Positions 1-6,830 of a stretch of DNA of 12,097 nucleotides are shown piece by piece. Under the pieces are notes generated by a model, which made no database searches, had not been told where the DNA came from, and worked only from the letters and a program-made list of their open reading frames with translations. The DNA is from a virus: the UHGV virus genome UHGV-0124803. One strand, 5' to 3'. Every line of letters begins with the position of its first letter. Position 1 is the stretch's first letter. A program made the translations under genes and the position numbers.

Positions 1-49
1 ATGTTTGCAGTTTCAAGGCATTTTCTTAAATCTGCTGGTGATGCCCTGT

Positions 50-700
50 TCATGCAGCACGCTCCCGCCCCTGGATGTCTGTTGGTGACAGCGGAGCATT
101 GCTGAATGCATTTGTTAATCCGCCAATATCCAACGCGTATCCAGGGTGTAGTTGCACTGCCGGGTCTTCGCACTGATTACCCCAAACATCAAAGCCATGA
201 GACGTCTGGCGGGCGAACAGTTCAATGCGAGAAACATCGCCTAATAATTGCACAAGTTTTTCACGAACGATATCTGGCTTTCTTGAATGCTCAAGCCGCG
301 GTGCGGTAAATGACTGAACGATCCCTGCATTAATGCGCGTAGGTAGTTTTCCCTTTACCGCAAACAGGCAATCTTCACTATTGGCGCGAGTCATGTGTCC
401 CATACCCATAACCAGTTTATCTGGTTGTCGACTACCACATTTTATCCACGTGAAGCCCTTCATCGTCATCAGACGGAATCCCCAGGCTTCAACAACTTTT
501 AGTGCTTCGAGTGGTTGTGTTGGCACCCACCACATGGCCAACAGACAGTTTTCATCGGCCAAATCCCATACAGGAAGGCGGCAGATATCCAGCACACTCA
601 TAACCGGATATTTAAAACCGGCACCGCGATTACCATCTGCGGCTTTGTCCCGGTATACCCAGGGTGGATCTGCATAGATTAGTGTGTATTTCTTAGTCAT
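50..700 (-). CDS. MT-A70 family N6-adenine DNA methyltransferase (phage orphan methylase)
   Basis: ORF 50..712; DPPW catalytic motif (YADPPWVY) close to the N-terminus. ATG at 700 (MTKKYT) preferred over the GTG at 712; the upstream ORF stop (693-695) overlaps it. Confidence 0.75.
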   Translation of the reverse strand: MTKKYTLIYADPPWVYRDKAADGNRGAGFKYPVMSVLDICRLPVWDLADENCLLAMWWVPTQPLEALKVVEAWGFRLMTMKGFTWIKCGSRQPDKLVMGMGHMTRANSEDCLFAVKGKLPTRINAGIVQSFTAPRLEHSRKPDIVREKLVQLLGDVSRIELFARQTSHGFDVWGNQCEDPAVQLHPGYALDIGGLTNAFSNAPLSPTDIQGRERAA

Positions 701-941
701 AAACCACCCCACAACATCCTATGCCGCTATAGTCGCCACGGCGAAGGCCGTTACCTTTTGTGATACATTGGTCCCTGCGAACCGCGATCCTTGCACGTTC
801 AACATCACCAGAAGCAACATCCATACACTGAAGCCAAAGGTGAGCGGCAATGCGGAATTGCCCTTTTTTCTCTCTTTCAATCGCGCGTTTTTCGATCTCT
901 ATCGCCGCAGGAGTAACGGCGACAATCTTTGACGGACTGCG
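693..941 (-). CDS. Hypothetical small protein (83-99 aa; start ambiguous: ATG 941, ATG 959 or GTG 992)
   Basis: ORF 693..992 in the same orientation between the AlpA-like gene and the methylase; stop overlaps the methylase start; AAGG 6 nt upstream of ATG 941. No recognisable motif. Confidence 0.4.
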   Translation of the reverse strand, partial: RSPSKIVAVTPAAIEIEKRAIEREKKGQFRIAAHLWLQCMDVASGDVERARIAVRRDQCITKGNGLRRGDYSGIGCCGVVYD

Positions 942-1101
942 CATTGAAACCTTATTCATGTGATATTTTTCAAGTCGGCTTAACTTTCTCACTTAATCCA
1001 ACCCTCTCTGAAAATTAATGCCAGCAGATAAAGCCATGCTGAAACAGAGGCCAGGAATAAGTACCATCCTGACCATTTGCTCCAGTGCCTTAGCAGCGCA
1101 C

Positions 1102-1350
1102 TCATGCAGCGTTGCTCACGGGACGATATACACGTTGCTGAACAGGAGGCTTTTTACCCTGGAACTCTGCCGGGCTTGCTGCCTGACGTTCATCAAGCCA
1201 ACGCTCAACTTCATCACGGTTCCATGCGCAGCGTTTATCGGTGATATACCAGCGTTTAGGAAATTCCCCTGCGCGCTCCATACGGTCGATAGTGCTCCAT
1301 GACAGTGGCACCACCGCCAGGAGTTCCTTCTTACCTAATGCACCTTTCAT
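1102..1350 (-). CDS. AlpA-family helix-turn-helix regulator / excisionase-like protein
   Basis: 82-aa ORF with the AlpA pattern: HTH (LLAVVPLSWSTIDRMERAGEFPK) followed by a W...E..ERWL segment; RBS AGAGAGG upstream of the ATG. Confidence 0.6.
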   Translation of the reverse strand: MKGALGKKELLAVVPLSWSTIDRMERAGEFPKRWYITDKRCAWNRDEVERWLDERQAASPAEFQGKKPPVQQRVYRPVSNAA

Positions 1351-1372
1351 AAATACCTCTCTTGGTTGCAGT

Positions 1373-1391
1373 GCGGCGCGCGTGGCGCCGC
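1373..1391 (-). other. GC-rich hairpin between recT and the AlpA-like gene (7-bp stem GCGGCGC/GCGCCGC, 5-nt loop), no U-tract
   Basis: Perfect inverted repeat read directly from the sequence, 9 nt downstream of the recT stop on the minus strand; lacks the T-run of an intrinsic terminator. Confidence 0.3.
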
Positions 1392-1399
1392 GGTGGTGG

Positions 1400-2422
1400 T
1401 TACTCGAATTCTGGACGCATATCGTTAAGCGTCATCATGAATTTTTGGTGATATTCATCACCGAGCTTTTCAGCCATGGTGTTAATTTCATTTTCAGCGC
1501 GCTTGAACATCGTTTTTGCATCTTCAGCAGATGGATCTAGGCTATTAAGTATCGCGATGATATATTCTCGAGCTTCTTCTCGTTCTGAATCTGAAATTGG
1601 CGACAGGTGTTGACGCTCATCGTCAACTACGGAATATTCACCAGTGATAACAGCTGCGTTATCTTGGCTAAGTCCAGCTTCAGCGCGCTCATCCATAACA
1701 ACAGCCTTCTGCATTTCAATAGAAACAGGAAGATATTTGAACAGTCGGCGAATTACTGTTTTTTTAGCCATCTCATCGAAGTGATCAACCCATGGGCCAC
1801 TGCTACCGGCTTTGCTCAGTGCACGAACTTTCTCAACGTCTGCCCGGCTCATAACTTCAAATTGCACTCCGCCATCTTTCAGTCGTGCAACGGCGTAAAC
1901 GTGCGTTAATTCTCCGCGGTCACCTGTTTCGCAAGGTAAATGCTCGAGCGTTTCTTCCAGGCCGTATGAGTAGCTGAATTTGTCGTTTGTATGTACGGTA
2001 CGAGCCGAGATACTCAGGATCTGCCCAGAGCGGCGGGCAAGGTCAATCATTCCGCGATAGCCGATAATCAGCTGTGCTTCTGTAGATACGGTTTCCCATC
2101 TTCCATTTACTTTCTGGCGTTTGTCGAACGGTATCAGGTAAGCGTGTCCAAGAGCTCCGCCTGGTTCAAGACCCAATTGGGCACATTGCATAATTGCCCC
2201 CAGGAAGCTGGCTTGGTCGCATGATGCAAGTTTTGGAACCTTTCGGATCTCTGTGGTTGCTATGCGCGCCAGACGGTCTGCTGTCATGTGCTTTGGAAGT
2301 GCCAAAGCCATCTGAGCTTTAATTTTTGGGTCTGCCAGAAGTCCGGCCAGAGTTGTTGGTTTCTCATTATGATGTGCAACTTGGTTACCGGTAGCCGCTG
2401 CCTTAAGTGCATTGATAGACAT
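1400..2422 (-). CDS. recT: RecT-family single-strand annealing recombinase with an acidic C-terminal extension
   Basis: 340-aa ORF with RecT-type core motifs (GYRGMIDLARRSGQ, LIPF); strong RBS AAGGAG 7 nt upstream of the ATG; 9 nt after the exonuclease stop. Confidence 0.9.
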   Translation of the reverse strand: MSINALKAAATGNQVAHHNEKPTTLAGLLADPKIKAQMALALPKHMTADRLARIATTEIRKVPKLASCDQASFLGAIMQCAQLGLEPGGALGHAYLIPFDKRQKVNGRWETVSTEAQLIIGYRGMIDLARRSGQILSISARTVHTNDKFSYSYGLEETLEHLPCETGDRGELTHVYAVARLKDGGVQFEVMSRADVEKVRALSKAGSSGPWVDHFDEMAKKTVIRRLFKYLPVSIEMQKAVVMDERAEAGLSQDNAAVITGEYSVVDDERQHLSPISDSEREEAREYIIAILNSLDPSAEDAKTMFKRAENEINTMAEKLGDEYHQKFMMTLNDMRPEFE

Positions 2423-2431
2423 TTTTTCTCC

Positions 2432-3331
2432 TTACTTCATTCTGAAGACGCGTTGTGTCGTTGTTGTTTTGAATTTTTCGAATAACTCAGGGTGTACTGA
2501 CTGGAATAGCTTCTGGTCGAATCTGTTGCTGATCTGAGATTTCCATGTGCAGAGCGGCTTTCCGTCCAGGGTCAGGACTGAGTGCTCTTGCATGTACATC
2601 TTCAGCTTCTCTTCTGATATAGCTATTTCTTCTTCCAGTGATTTTCTGCGTGACTTCATGTCTCGTAGATCGTTGAATAGTGCGAGTGCCTTTCCGTCAG
2701 CCTCGATACTTGTCCCGGCATCTTTCTCAAACATCAGCGATACATCGCTTACGCTGGTAGCTTCCGGCGGGTTAAGATTTTTCACTCGGTCCCAGAAAGC
2801 GATTTCTTTTTCTAAGATCGCCTGGATAGTTTCTTCATCACGCTCAACCCGATAGATTCGGAAGTCGTCGCCACCGATAAGCACACCGAAAACGCATACC
2901 TGTTTGTTTGTAACCATCAACCCGTGCATGGCCTGGGCCGTGTAATGCACAGGAATTGCATCTGTCTGGATTTCTCCCCATTCTTTGGCTTTGAACGGAC
3001 TAACTGTTTTGATCTCAATGTTCTCGCCTGACGCTGCTTCTGCATCGATCTCAGCTGCAATAAAATCGTAATCACGGTGGATATAGCGGTTTCCGCGATG
3101 AACGATTTCCATCCCTGTTTCCTCAGAAAGCAGGTCTATTACGTATGGCTCCATACGCTGGCCACGCGTGAAAACTTTCTGCTTGCTTGGGTCTACTGGT
3201 TTGACACGTGGCTGGACCTTATCCAGATAAACCTCAAGCGGGGTGCGCCATGGGCTAATTCCAAGAATCCCTGCAACATCGCTTCCTCCGATGTATTTTG
3301 TTCTATCCATGATTCCAGCGTTCCGCATCAT
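2432..3331 (-). CDS. YqaJ-type (lambda-exonuclease-like) recombination exonuclease
   Basis: 299-aa ORF; N-terminal YqaJ signature KYIGGSDVAGILGISPWRTPLEVY; the ATG at 3331 overlaps the upstream stop (ATGA coupling), with an alternative internal ATG at 3310 (MDRTKY). Paired with recT downstream. Confidence 0.85.
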   Translation of the reverse strand: MMRNAGIMDRTKYIGGSDVAGILGISPWRTPLEVYLDKVQPRVKPVDPSKQKVFTRGQRMEPYVIDLLSEETGMEIVHRGNRYIHRDYDFIAAEIDAEAASGENIEIKTVSPFKAKEWGEIQTDAIPVHYTAQAMHGLMVTNKQVCVFGVLIGGDDFRIYRVERDEETIQAILEKEIAFWDRVKNLNPPEATSVSDVSLMFEKDAGTSIEADGKALALFNDLRDMKSRRKSLEEEIAISEEKLKMYMQEHSVLTLDGKPLCTWKSQISNRFDQKLFQSVHPELFEKFKTTTTQRVFRMK

Positions 3332-3627
3332 GCCGCGTCCCTCTGCCCATCAAGCTGATCCGCCAGCTCCCAGCGGGCGATAATTGCCATTGCCTCGCGC
3401 CGGTAGGCATCCATCAGTTCTTCGAACTCAGGGCTGTCTTTAGCAGCCTCCAGCACTTCCTGACGAACGCCTTTGCCTGTTACAACGTCGAAAGTTGAGG
3501 CCAGTTGATGAAGCCGGATACTCTCAATCAGTTCAACTTGTCGGTCATATAGCTGTTCTGACAGGCGGTAGTCCTTGTCGAATGCCAGCATGATTTTTTG
3601 AAGATTTTTCTGCTGATTAACGTTCAT
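3328..3627 (-). CDS. Hypothetical protein (99 aa) heading the recombination operon
   Basis: ORF 3328..3642; the ATG at 3627 (MNVNQQ) has a strong RBS GGGAGGG; stop overlaps the exonuclease start. No motif recognised. Confidence 0.55.
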   Translation of the reverse strand: MNVNQQKNLQKIMLAFDKDYRLSEQLYDRQVELIESIRLHQLASTFDVVTGKGVRQEVLEAAKDSPEFEELMDAYRREAMAIIARWELADQLDGQRDAA

Positions 3628-3629
3628 TA

Positions 3630-3782
3630 TCAGCCCTCCCATATCTCGTTATCGTTGGCCACATCGCGAGCTTCTTTGCTGACGAAAGCCCACTTAATGC
3701 CTTCCTGTAAGGTGCGGAACTTCCAGCTCATGAATCCGCATGCAGTAACGCAGTACCAACCGTTGATGATTTTCCACTGCAT
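3630..3782 (-). CDS. Hypothetical small protein (50 aa, Trp/Cys-containing), first ORF after the PL-like promoter
   Basis: Not in the ORF track (under 60 aa). Read by hand: MQWKIINGWYCVTACGFMSWKFRTLQEGIKWAFVSKEARDVANDNEIWEG; RBS GAGGT about 7 nt upstream of the ATG at 3782; stop 2 nt before the next gene start. Confidence 0.3.
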   Translation of the reverse strand: MQWKIINGWYCVTACGFMSWKFRTLQEGIKWAFVSKEARDVANDNEIWEG

Positions 3783-3788
3783 AACTTG

Positions 3789-3793
3789 TTACC
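3789..3793. promoter_or_regulatory. Operator half-site (TTACC) over the RBS of the first leftward ORF
   Basis: Single pentamer matching the half-site of the palindromic operator; could equally be chance. Confidence 0.2.
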
Positions 3794-3801
3794 TCGGCCT
3801 G

Positions 3802-3816
3802 TTACCGCTGAGGTAA
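3802..3816. promoter_or_regulatory. Operator site OL-a (TTACCgctgaGGTAA)
   Basis: Perfect 15-bp palindrome TTACC-N5-GGTAA just downstream of the putative -10 of the leftward promoter. Confidence 0.6.
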
Positions 3817-3844
3817 TGATTATGCGTATTTGGTTTGGTGTCAA
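3817..3844 (-). promoter_or_regulatory. PL-like leftward early promoter (-35 TTGACA at 3844..3839; -10 uncertain, CATAAT or TAATCA at about 3824..3817)
   Basis: Consensus -35 hexamer on the minus strand flanked by two operator palindromes, upstream of the recombination operon; the -10 and its spacing are not clear-cut. Confidence 0.4.
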
Positions 3845-3863
3845 TAGATATGAGTTAAAAAAA

Positions 3864-3878
3864 TTACCCGTAAGGTAA
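3864..3878. promoter_or_regulatory. Operator site OL-b (TTACCcgtaaGGTAA)
   Basis: Perfect 15-bp palindrome, centre 62 bp from OL-a, upstream of the -35. Confidence 0.6.
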
Positions 3879-3888
3879 TCTATCTGGC

Positions 3889-3914
3889 AATAAAAAAGCC
3901 GCCATGAGGCGGCT
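3889..3914 (-). terminator. Rho-independent terminator after the repressor gene
   Basis: 7-bp GC-rich stem AGCCGCC/GGCGGCT with a 4-nt loop, followed on the minus strand by TTTTTTATT; about 20 nt downstream of the repressor stop. Confidence 0.6.
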
Positions 3915-3935
3915 TACTTACTGAAAACTATAGTT

Positions 3936-4520
3936 TTATTGTTTGCTTTTTTCGTTCTGGTTGATGACAAATTCAATGTAACTTTCGATCTTTGCTTTCT
4001 CGGTTTCGGGTAACAATGCGTAGCGTGAGCGGTCATAGTTGATAGTCGCAGGGTCGTGCGGGTGAATCAGTAGTTCATATCCGTGACGCCCGAATGCGGA
4101 TGCAACATTCTCCAGGGTGGAAATGGAAACGCTGACCTCATTGTTTAACAGGCGGCTGATTGTCACCTGGGCGACGCCGGATGCGCGGTGAAGTTTTCCC
4201 TGCGTTGAAAGGTCGCGGCTTTCGCTCATCCAGCGTTCCAGGTTGTGAGCCGCCAGCTGACCAATGTCGCTTGGGCCGACAGGCTGAAAACCTTCCTGAG
4301 AAAGCGAGCGATCGATATCAAGCCAGTTACGTGGTTTATTGGCGGCAGCTTCAATTTTTCGCGCAACCTGGTCGCCGATAACCTTCTTGCCAAGAGCCCA
4401 GCGGTTTACCAGATTTGCCTGAGTTCCAAGTTTTTCTGCCATCCGCGTCTGAACACCATTGAATTCACGGTCGATCAAGTCGTTGAGATTTTGCCTGCGG
4501 ACGTCCTGGATACTTTTCAT
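3936..4520 (-). CDS. Immunity repressor (CI-like function), tandem HTH, no S24 peptidase domain
   Basis: 194-aa ORF divergent from the cro-like gene; two HTH-like segments (around residues 22-45 and 115-145, the second XRE-like: GVAQVTISRLLNNE...SISTLENVASAFG); no Ala-Gly/Ser-Lys autocleavage module visible; flanked by operator palindromes on both sides. Confidence 0.7.
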   Translation of the reverse strand: MKSIQDVRRQNLNDLIDREFNGVQTRMAEKLGTQANLVNRWALGKKVIGDQVARKIEAAANKPRNWLDIDRSLSQEGFQPVGPSDIGQLAAHNLERWMSESRDLSTQGKLHRASGVAQVTISRLLNNEVSVSISTLENVASAFGRHGYELLIHPHDPATINYDRSRYALLPETEKAKIESYIEFVINQNEKSKQ

Positions 4521-4575
4521 TTTCTGGAAAATCGCCTCATATATGAATCAGTAGATGATTCAATTTAAAGCAATA

Positions 4576-4590
4576 TTACCCAACAGGTAA
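4576..4590. promoter_or_regulatory. Operator site OR-a (TTACCcaacaGGTAA)
   Basis: Perfect 15-bp palindrome in the divergent repressor/cro intergenic region. Confidence 0.6.
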
Positions 4591-4620
4591 ATGCACCCCA
4601 TAGGTAACTATCCTTGATTT

Positions 4621-4649
4621 TTGTTACCTTATGGGTGAATATTTATTAT
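4621..4649 (+). promoter_or_regulatory. PR-like rightward early promoter (-35 TTGTTA 4621-4626, 17-nt spacer, -10 TATTAT 4644-4649)
   Basis: Sigma70-like hexamers at 17-bp spacing, about 25 nt upstream of the cro-like ATG; operator OR-b lies in the spacer. Confidence 0.45.
4625..4639. promoter_or_regulatory. Operator site OR-b (TTACCttatgGGTgA, one mismatch)
   Basis: Near-perfect palindrome overlapping the PR-like -35 and spacer; centre 49 bp from OR-a; an extra GGTAA half-site at 4603-4607. Confidence 0.5.
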
Positions 4650-4674
4650 CTGAAATAAATATCAGGCAATAGCT

Positions 4675-4905
4675 ATGAGCGATAACGGACATTTCGATTT
4701 CAAAAAGCACTGGCTTGCACTTACTCCGGATGAGCGTGAAGCCTTCGCACAGGAAGCCGGAACGACGAGTCACTATATCCAGACTCACTTAACAGGTAAG
4801 CGCAAAATGCCAGGTAAGGTATTGATGAATGGGCTTTTTAAAGCCTGTAAAACAAGACAATGGCTGCGCTCAAAAGCAGAACTGGCATACTTCTTCTACT
4901 CATGA
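4675..4905 (+). CDS. Cro-like small DNA-binding regulator
   Basis: 76-aa ORF divergent from the repressor, first gene after the PR-like promoter; HTH-like segment (EREAFAQEAGTTSHYIQTHL). Confidence 0.6.
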   Translation: MSDNGHFDFKKHWLALTPDEREAFAQEAGTTSHYIQTHLTGKRKMPGKVLMNGLFKACKTRQWLRSKAELAYFFYS

Positions 4906-4927
4906 TATCCAGCCACAACCCTCTGTA

Positions 4928-4949
4928 GACCGCCATCCGGCGGTCTTTT
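4928..4949 (+). terminator. tR1-like intrinsic terminator after the cro-like gene
   Basis: 7-bp stem GACCGCC/GGCGGTC, loop ATCC, followed by TTTT; about 23 nt downstream of the cro-like stop. Confidence 0.5.
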
Positions 4950-4960
4950 CATATCTATTC

Positions 4961-4975
4961 GTACCTCAAAGGTAA
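4961..4975. promoter_or_regulatory. Degenerate operator-like site (gTACCtcaaaGGTAA)
   Basis: 14 of 15 positions match the palindrome; lies between the tR1-like terminator and the next gene. Confidence 0.3.
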
Positions 4976-5053
4976 TAAAAAACCAAATCTGGTTGATCAA
5001 ATTTTCCAATTGTGCAAAATAGCCAATATCAATAACAAAAAGGGGCGGAAAAA

Positions 5054-5266
5054 TTGAAGATAGTAACCAGAATGGAGGCCGCAAAAGCCGGGTTAAATCG
5101 CTATTTCACAGGAAAGCGGTGCCGTCACGGCCATCTCTCTGAAAGGTATGTTCTGAACGGAACATGTGTTGAATGTGCAATGAATAGCGCCAACCGCCAT
5201 CGTAATGAATTTGCTTGTGCACTAAAGAGTGCAAGAGGGGAAACCTATGGCAAGCAGCTGGATTAA
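5054..5266 (+). CDS. Small Cys/His-containing protein at the cII position (possible zinc-binding regulator); start TTG 5054 or ATG 5072
   Basis: ORF between the cro-like and O-like genes; pattern C-x-H-x-H ... C-x2-C (CRHGH ... CVEC); GGGG 8 nt upstream of the TTG; no resemblance to lambda CII recognised. Confidence 0.4.
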   Translation: MKIVTRMEAAKAGLNRYFTGKRCRHGHLSERYVLNGTCVECAMNSANRHRNEFACALKSARGETYGKQLD

Positions 5267-6077
5267 GGTTGAAGTTATCACTCCTGATAAACCTGAAATT
5301 TTTCAGATAGCAGAAATTCTGGGTATTGATCCAGATGCTGTTCTTGGAAAGCTGGTTCGTATATGGGCATGGGCTGACCAGCAAACAATAGACGGTAACG
5401 CTGGCAGCGTTACAAAAGGAGTACTTGATAGACTCGCTTTTATTACAGGATTTGCTGACGCCCTCATTAGCGTCGGATGGCTTGCTTATCATGACGGCAA
5501 ACTAATTCTTCCAAACTTTGAGCGACACAATGGAGAATCATCGAAAAAACGTGCACTTACGAATAGAAGAGTGGCAGAGCATCGAAAACGAGTAACGCAA
5601 AAAGTAACGCCAACAGCGTTACAAAAGGAGTTACCAGAGGAAGAGGAAGAGGAAGATATATATAAAACCCCACACATAGCACACGCGCGCGAGAGTGATC
5701 CGACCAGTGAAGCGAACGGTACGCCGTTGCAGGTGGCAGAACCTGCATTTCTGGATGGCCTGAGTGAACCTATTGGGAAATTTCCGATGATCGATGGCTG
5801 GCATCCATCGCCGGATTTTCGACGGCGTGCTGCGCTGTGGGGAACGGCCCTGCCGGAACCGGAATTTACACCTGCTGAACTTGCTGCATTCCGGGATTAC
5901 TGGATGGCTGAGGGCAAAGTGTTCACGCAGGTTCAGTGGGAACAAAAATTCGCCAGGCACGTAAATCATATCAGGGGAAAATCAAAAAACGTCGGGAAAA
6001 GCGATGAGCTTGACTGGAATAACACTGACTGGATAGAAGGGGTGTGGGATGAAATCAACTCCAGAACTTCTCAATGA
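5247..6077 (+). CDS. Replication initiator / replisome organiser (O-like function) with DnaT-like C-terminal domain
   Basis: ORF 5229..6077; ATG at 5247 has RBS AGAGGGGA; acidic linker (EEEEEED); the C-terminal W/F-rich segment resembles the DnaT-type domain; sits immediately upstream of and overlapping the P-like gene; contains the candidate origin repeats. Confidence 0.65.
   Translation: MASSWIKVEVITPDKPEIFQIAEILGIDPDAVLGKLVRIWAWADQQTIDGNAGSVTKGVLDRLAFITGFADALISVGWLAYHDGKLILPNFERHNGESSKKRALTNRRVAEHRKRVTQKVTPTALQKELPEEEEEEDIYKTPHIAHARESDPTSEANGTPLQVAEPAFLDGLSEPIGKFPMIDGWHPSPDFRRRAALWGTALPEPEFTPAELAAFRDYWMAEGKVFTQVQWEQKFARHVNHIRGKSKNVGKSDELDWNNTDWIEGVWDEINSRTSQ
5590..5668. repeat. Candidate replication origin: GTAACGC iterons plus GA-rich and AT-rich tract inside the O-like gene
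   Basis: GTAACGC at 5591-5597 and 5602-5608 (11-bp phasing), inverted GCGTTAC at 5615-5621; the 18-mer CAGCGTTACAAAAGGAGT recurs at about 5405 and about 5614 in different reading frames; followed by GAGGAAGAGGAAGAGGAAG and ATATATATAAAA. Confidence 0.4.
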
Positions 6078-6825
6078 GTACGATCGCTTACGTGAGCATG
6101 GTGTTGCTGTGCATGAAGAGCGGCGTGACAGCAATGGCAAAAAGGAGCAGGTCGCTAGAATTTTCAATGAACTATTTGTCCAGTTACAGGCTGCATTTCC
6201 TGCAAGCGTTTCGACCATAAGGGAGCAGAACAAACTTAATGAATTCCGTAAGCAATGGATGCTTGCGTTTCTGGAGAATGGGATCACTACAATGGAACAG
6301 GTTAACGCTGGTATGCGCCACGCCCGCGCCAGTGAATCTCCGTTCTGGCCGTCGCCAGGGCAATTTATCAAGTGGTGTAAAGACAGCAAGATGGTTCTTG
6401 GCGTCACCATTGACGATGTGATGGCGGAGTTTCACCGGTACAGCAAGGAAAAAAGTTTATATCCTGGTGGTCCCGAAAGATTCCCGTGGCGGCATCCGGT
6501 TATGTACTGGGTCGTATGTGATACCCGCCGTGCAATGTATCAGCGCCAGCTTAGCGAGATTGAGGTTGAGAAACATGCGCGCAGGCTGCTTGATGATTGG
6601 GCGAAAAAGGTGGCTTCCGGACAGCAGATACCCGATCCGGTGATCAGCATACAGGCAAAGCCAGAACCCATGAGTACGCCTCCGGACACAGGGAGAGACG
6701 TTTACCATCCACCAGGGCGAAGTTTCGGGTGTATGCCTAACGCCGCTACCCTGGGGGGAATAACACCGGCGCAGTGGCTGATGGAGGAATACAGGCGGGG
6801 AAAGGCGGCAGGATTTATCAAGTAA
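6049..6825 (+). CDS. Lambda P-family replication protein (helicase loader)
   Basis: 258-aa ORF; the segment FPASVSTIREQNKLNEFRKQWMLAFLENGITTMEQVNAGMRHAR...PFWPSPGQFIKWC closely matches lambda P as I recall it; overlaps the O-like gene by 29 nt. Confidence 0.85.
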   Translation: MKSTPELLNEYDRLREHGVAVHEERRDSNGKKEQVARIFNELFVQLQAAFPASVSTIREQNKLNEFRKQWMLAFLENGITTMEQVNAGMRHARASESPFWPSPGQFIKWCKDSKMVLGVTIDDVMAEFHRYSKEKSLYPGGPERFPWRHPVMYWVVCDTRRAMYQRQLSEIEVEKHARRLLDDWAKKVASGQQIPDPVISIQAKPEPMSTPPDTGRDVYHPPGRSFGCMPNAATLGGITPAQWLMEEYRRGKAAGFIK

Positions 6826-6830
6826 TACCA

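Noticed and set aside
1331-1335. Isolated TTACC half-site inside the AlpA-like gene region
   Set aside because: No partner GGTAA at N5 spacing; pentamers of this kind occur about 20 times in the window by chance.
106-2485. Plus-strand ORFs inside the leftward operon (106..309, 333..677, 684..932, 1018..1302, 1241..1540, 1607..1909, 1991..2224, 2288..2485)
   Set aside because: They overlap confidently assigned minus-strand genes (methylase, AlpA-like, RecT) on the opposite strand and lack start signals; antisense artefacts.
3630-3782. N-type antiterminator among the small early ORFs
   Set aside because: Neither the 50-aa nor the 99-aa product has an Arg-rich N-terminal motif like lambda N; no basis to call an antiterminator.
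3598-3816. Plus-strand ORF 3598..3816 (72 aa)
   Set aside because: It runs through the PL-like promoter and operator region, antisense to the hand-read 50-aa ORF, and has no RBS.
3925-3938. 14-bp perfect palindrome AAAACTATAGTTTT overlapping the repressor stop codon
   Set aside because: AT-rich, unrelated to the operator motif, and no second copy; cannot be distinguished from chance plus coding constraints.
5106-6708. Minus-strand ORFs antisense to the O-like and P-like genes (5106..5492, 5489..5677, 5557..5748, 5631..5969, 5982..6410, 6184..6435, 6457..6708)
   Set aside because: They overlap replication genes with clear family signatures; translations are low-complexity (poly-Ser, poly-Leu); no RBS.
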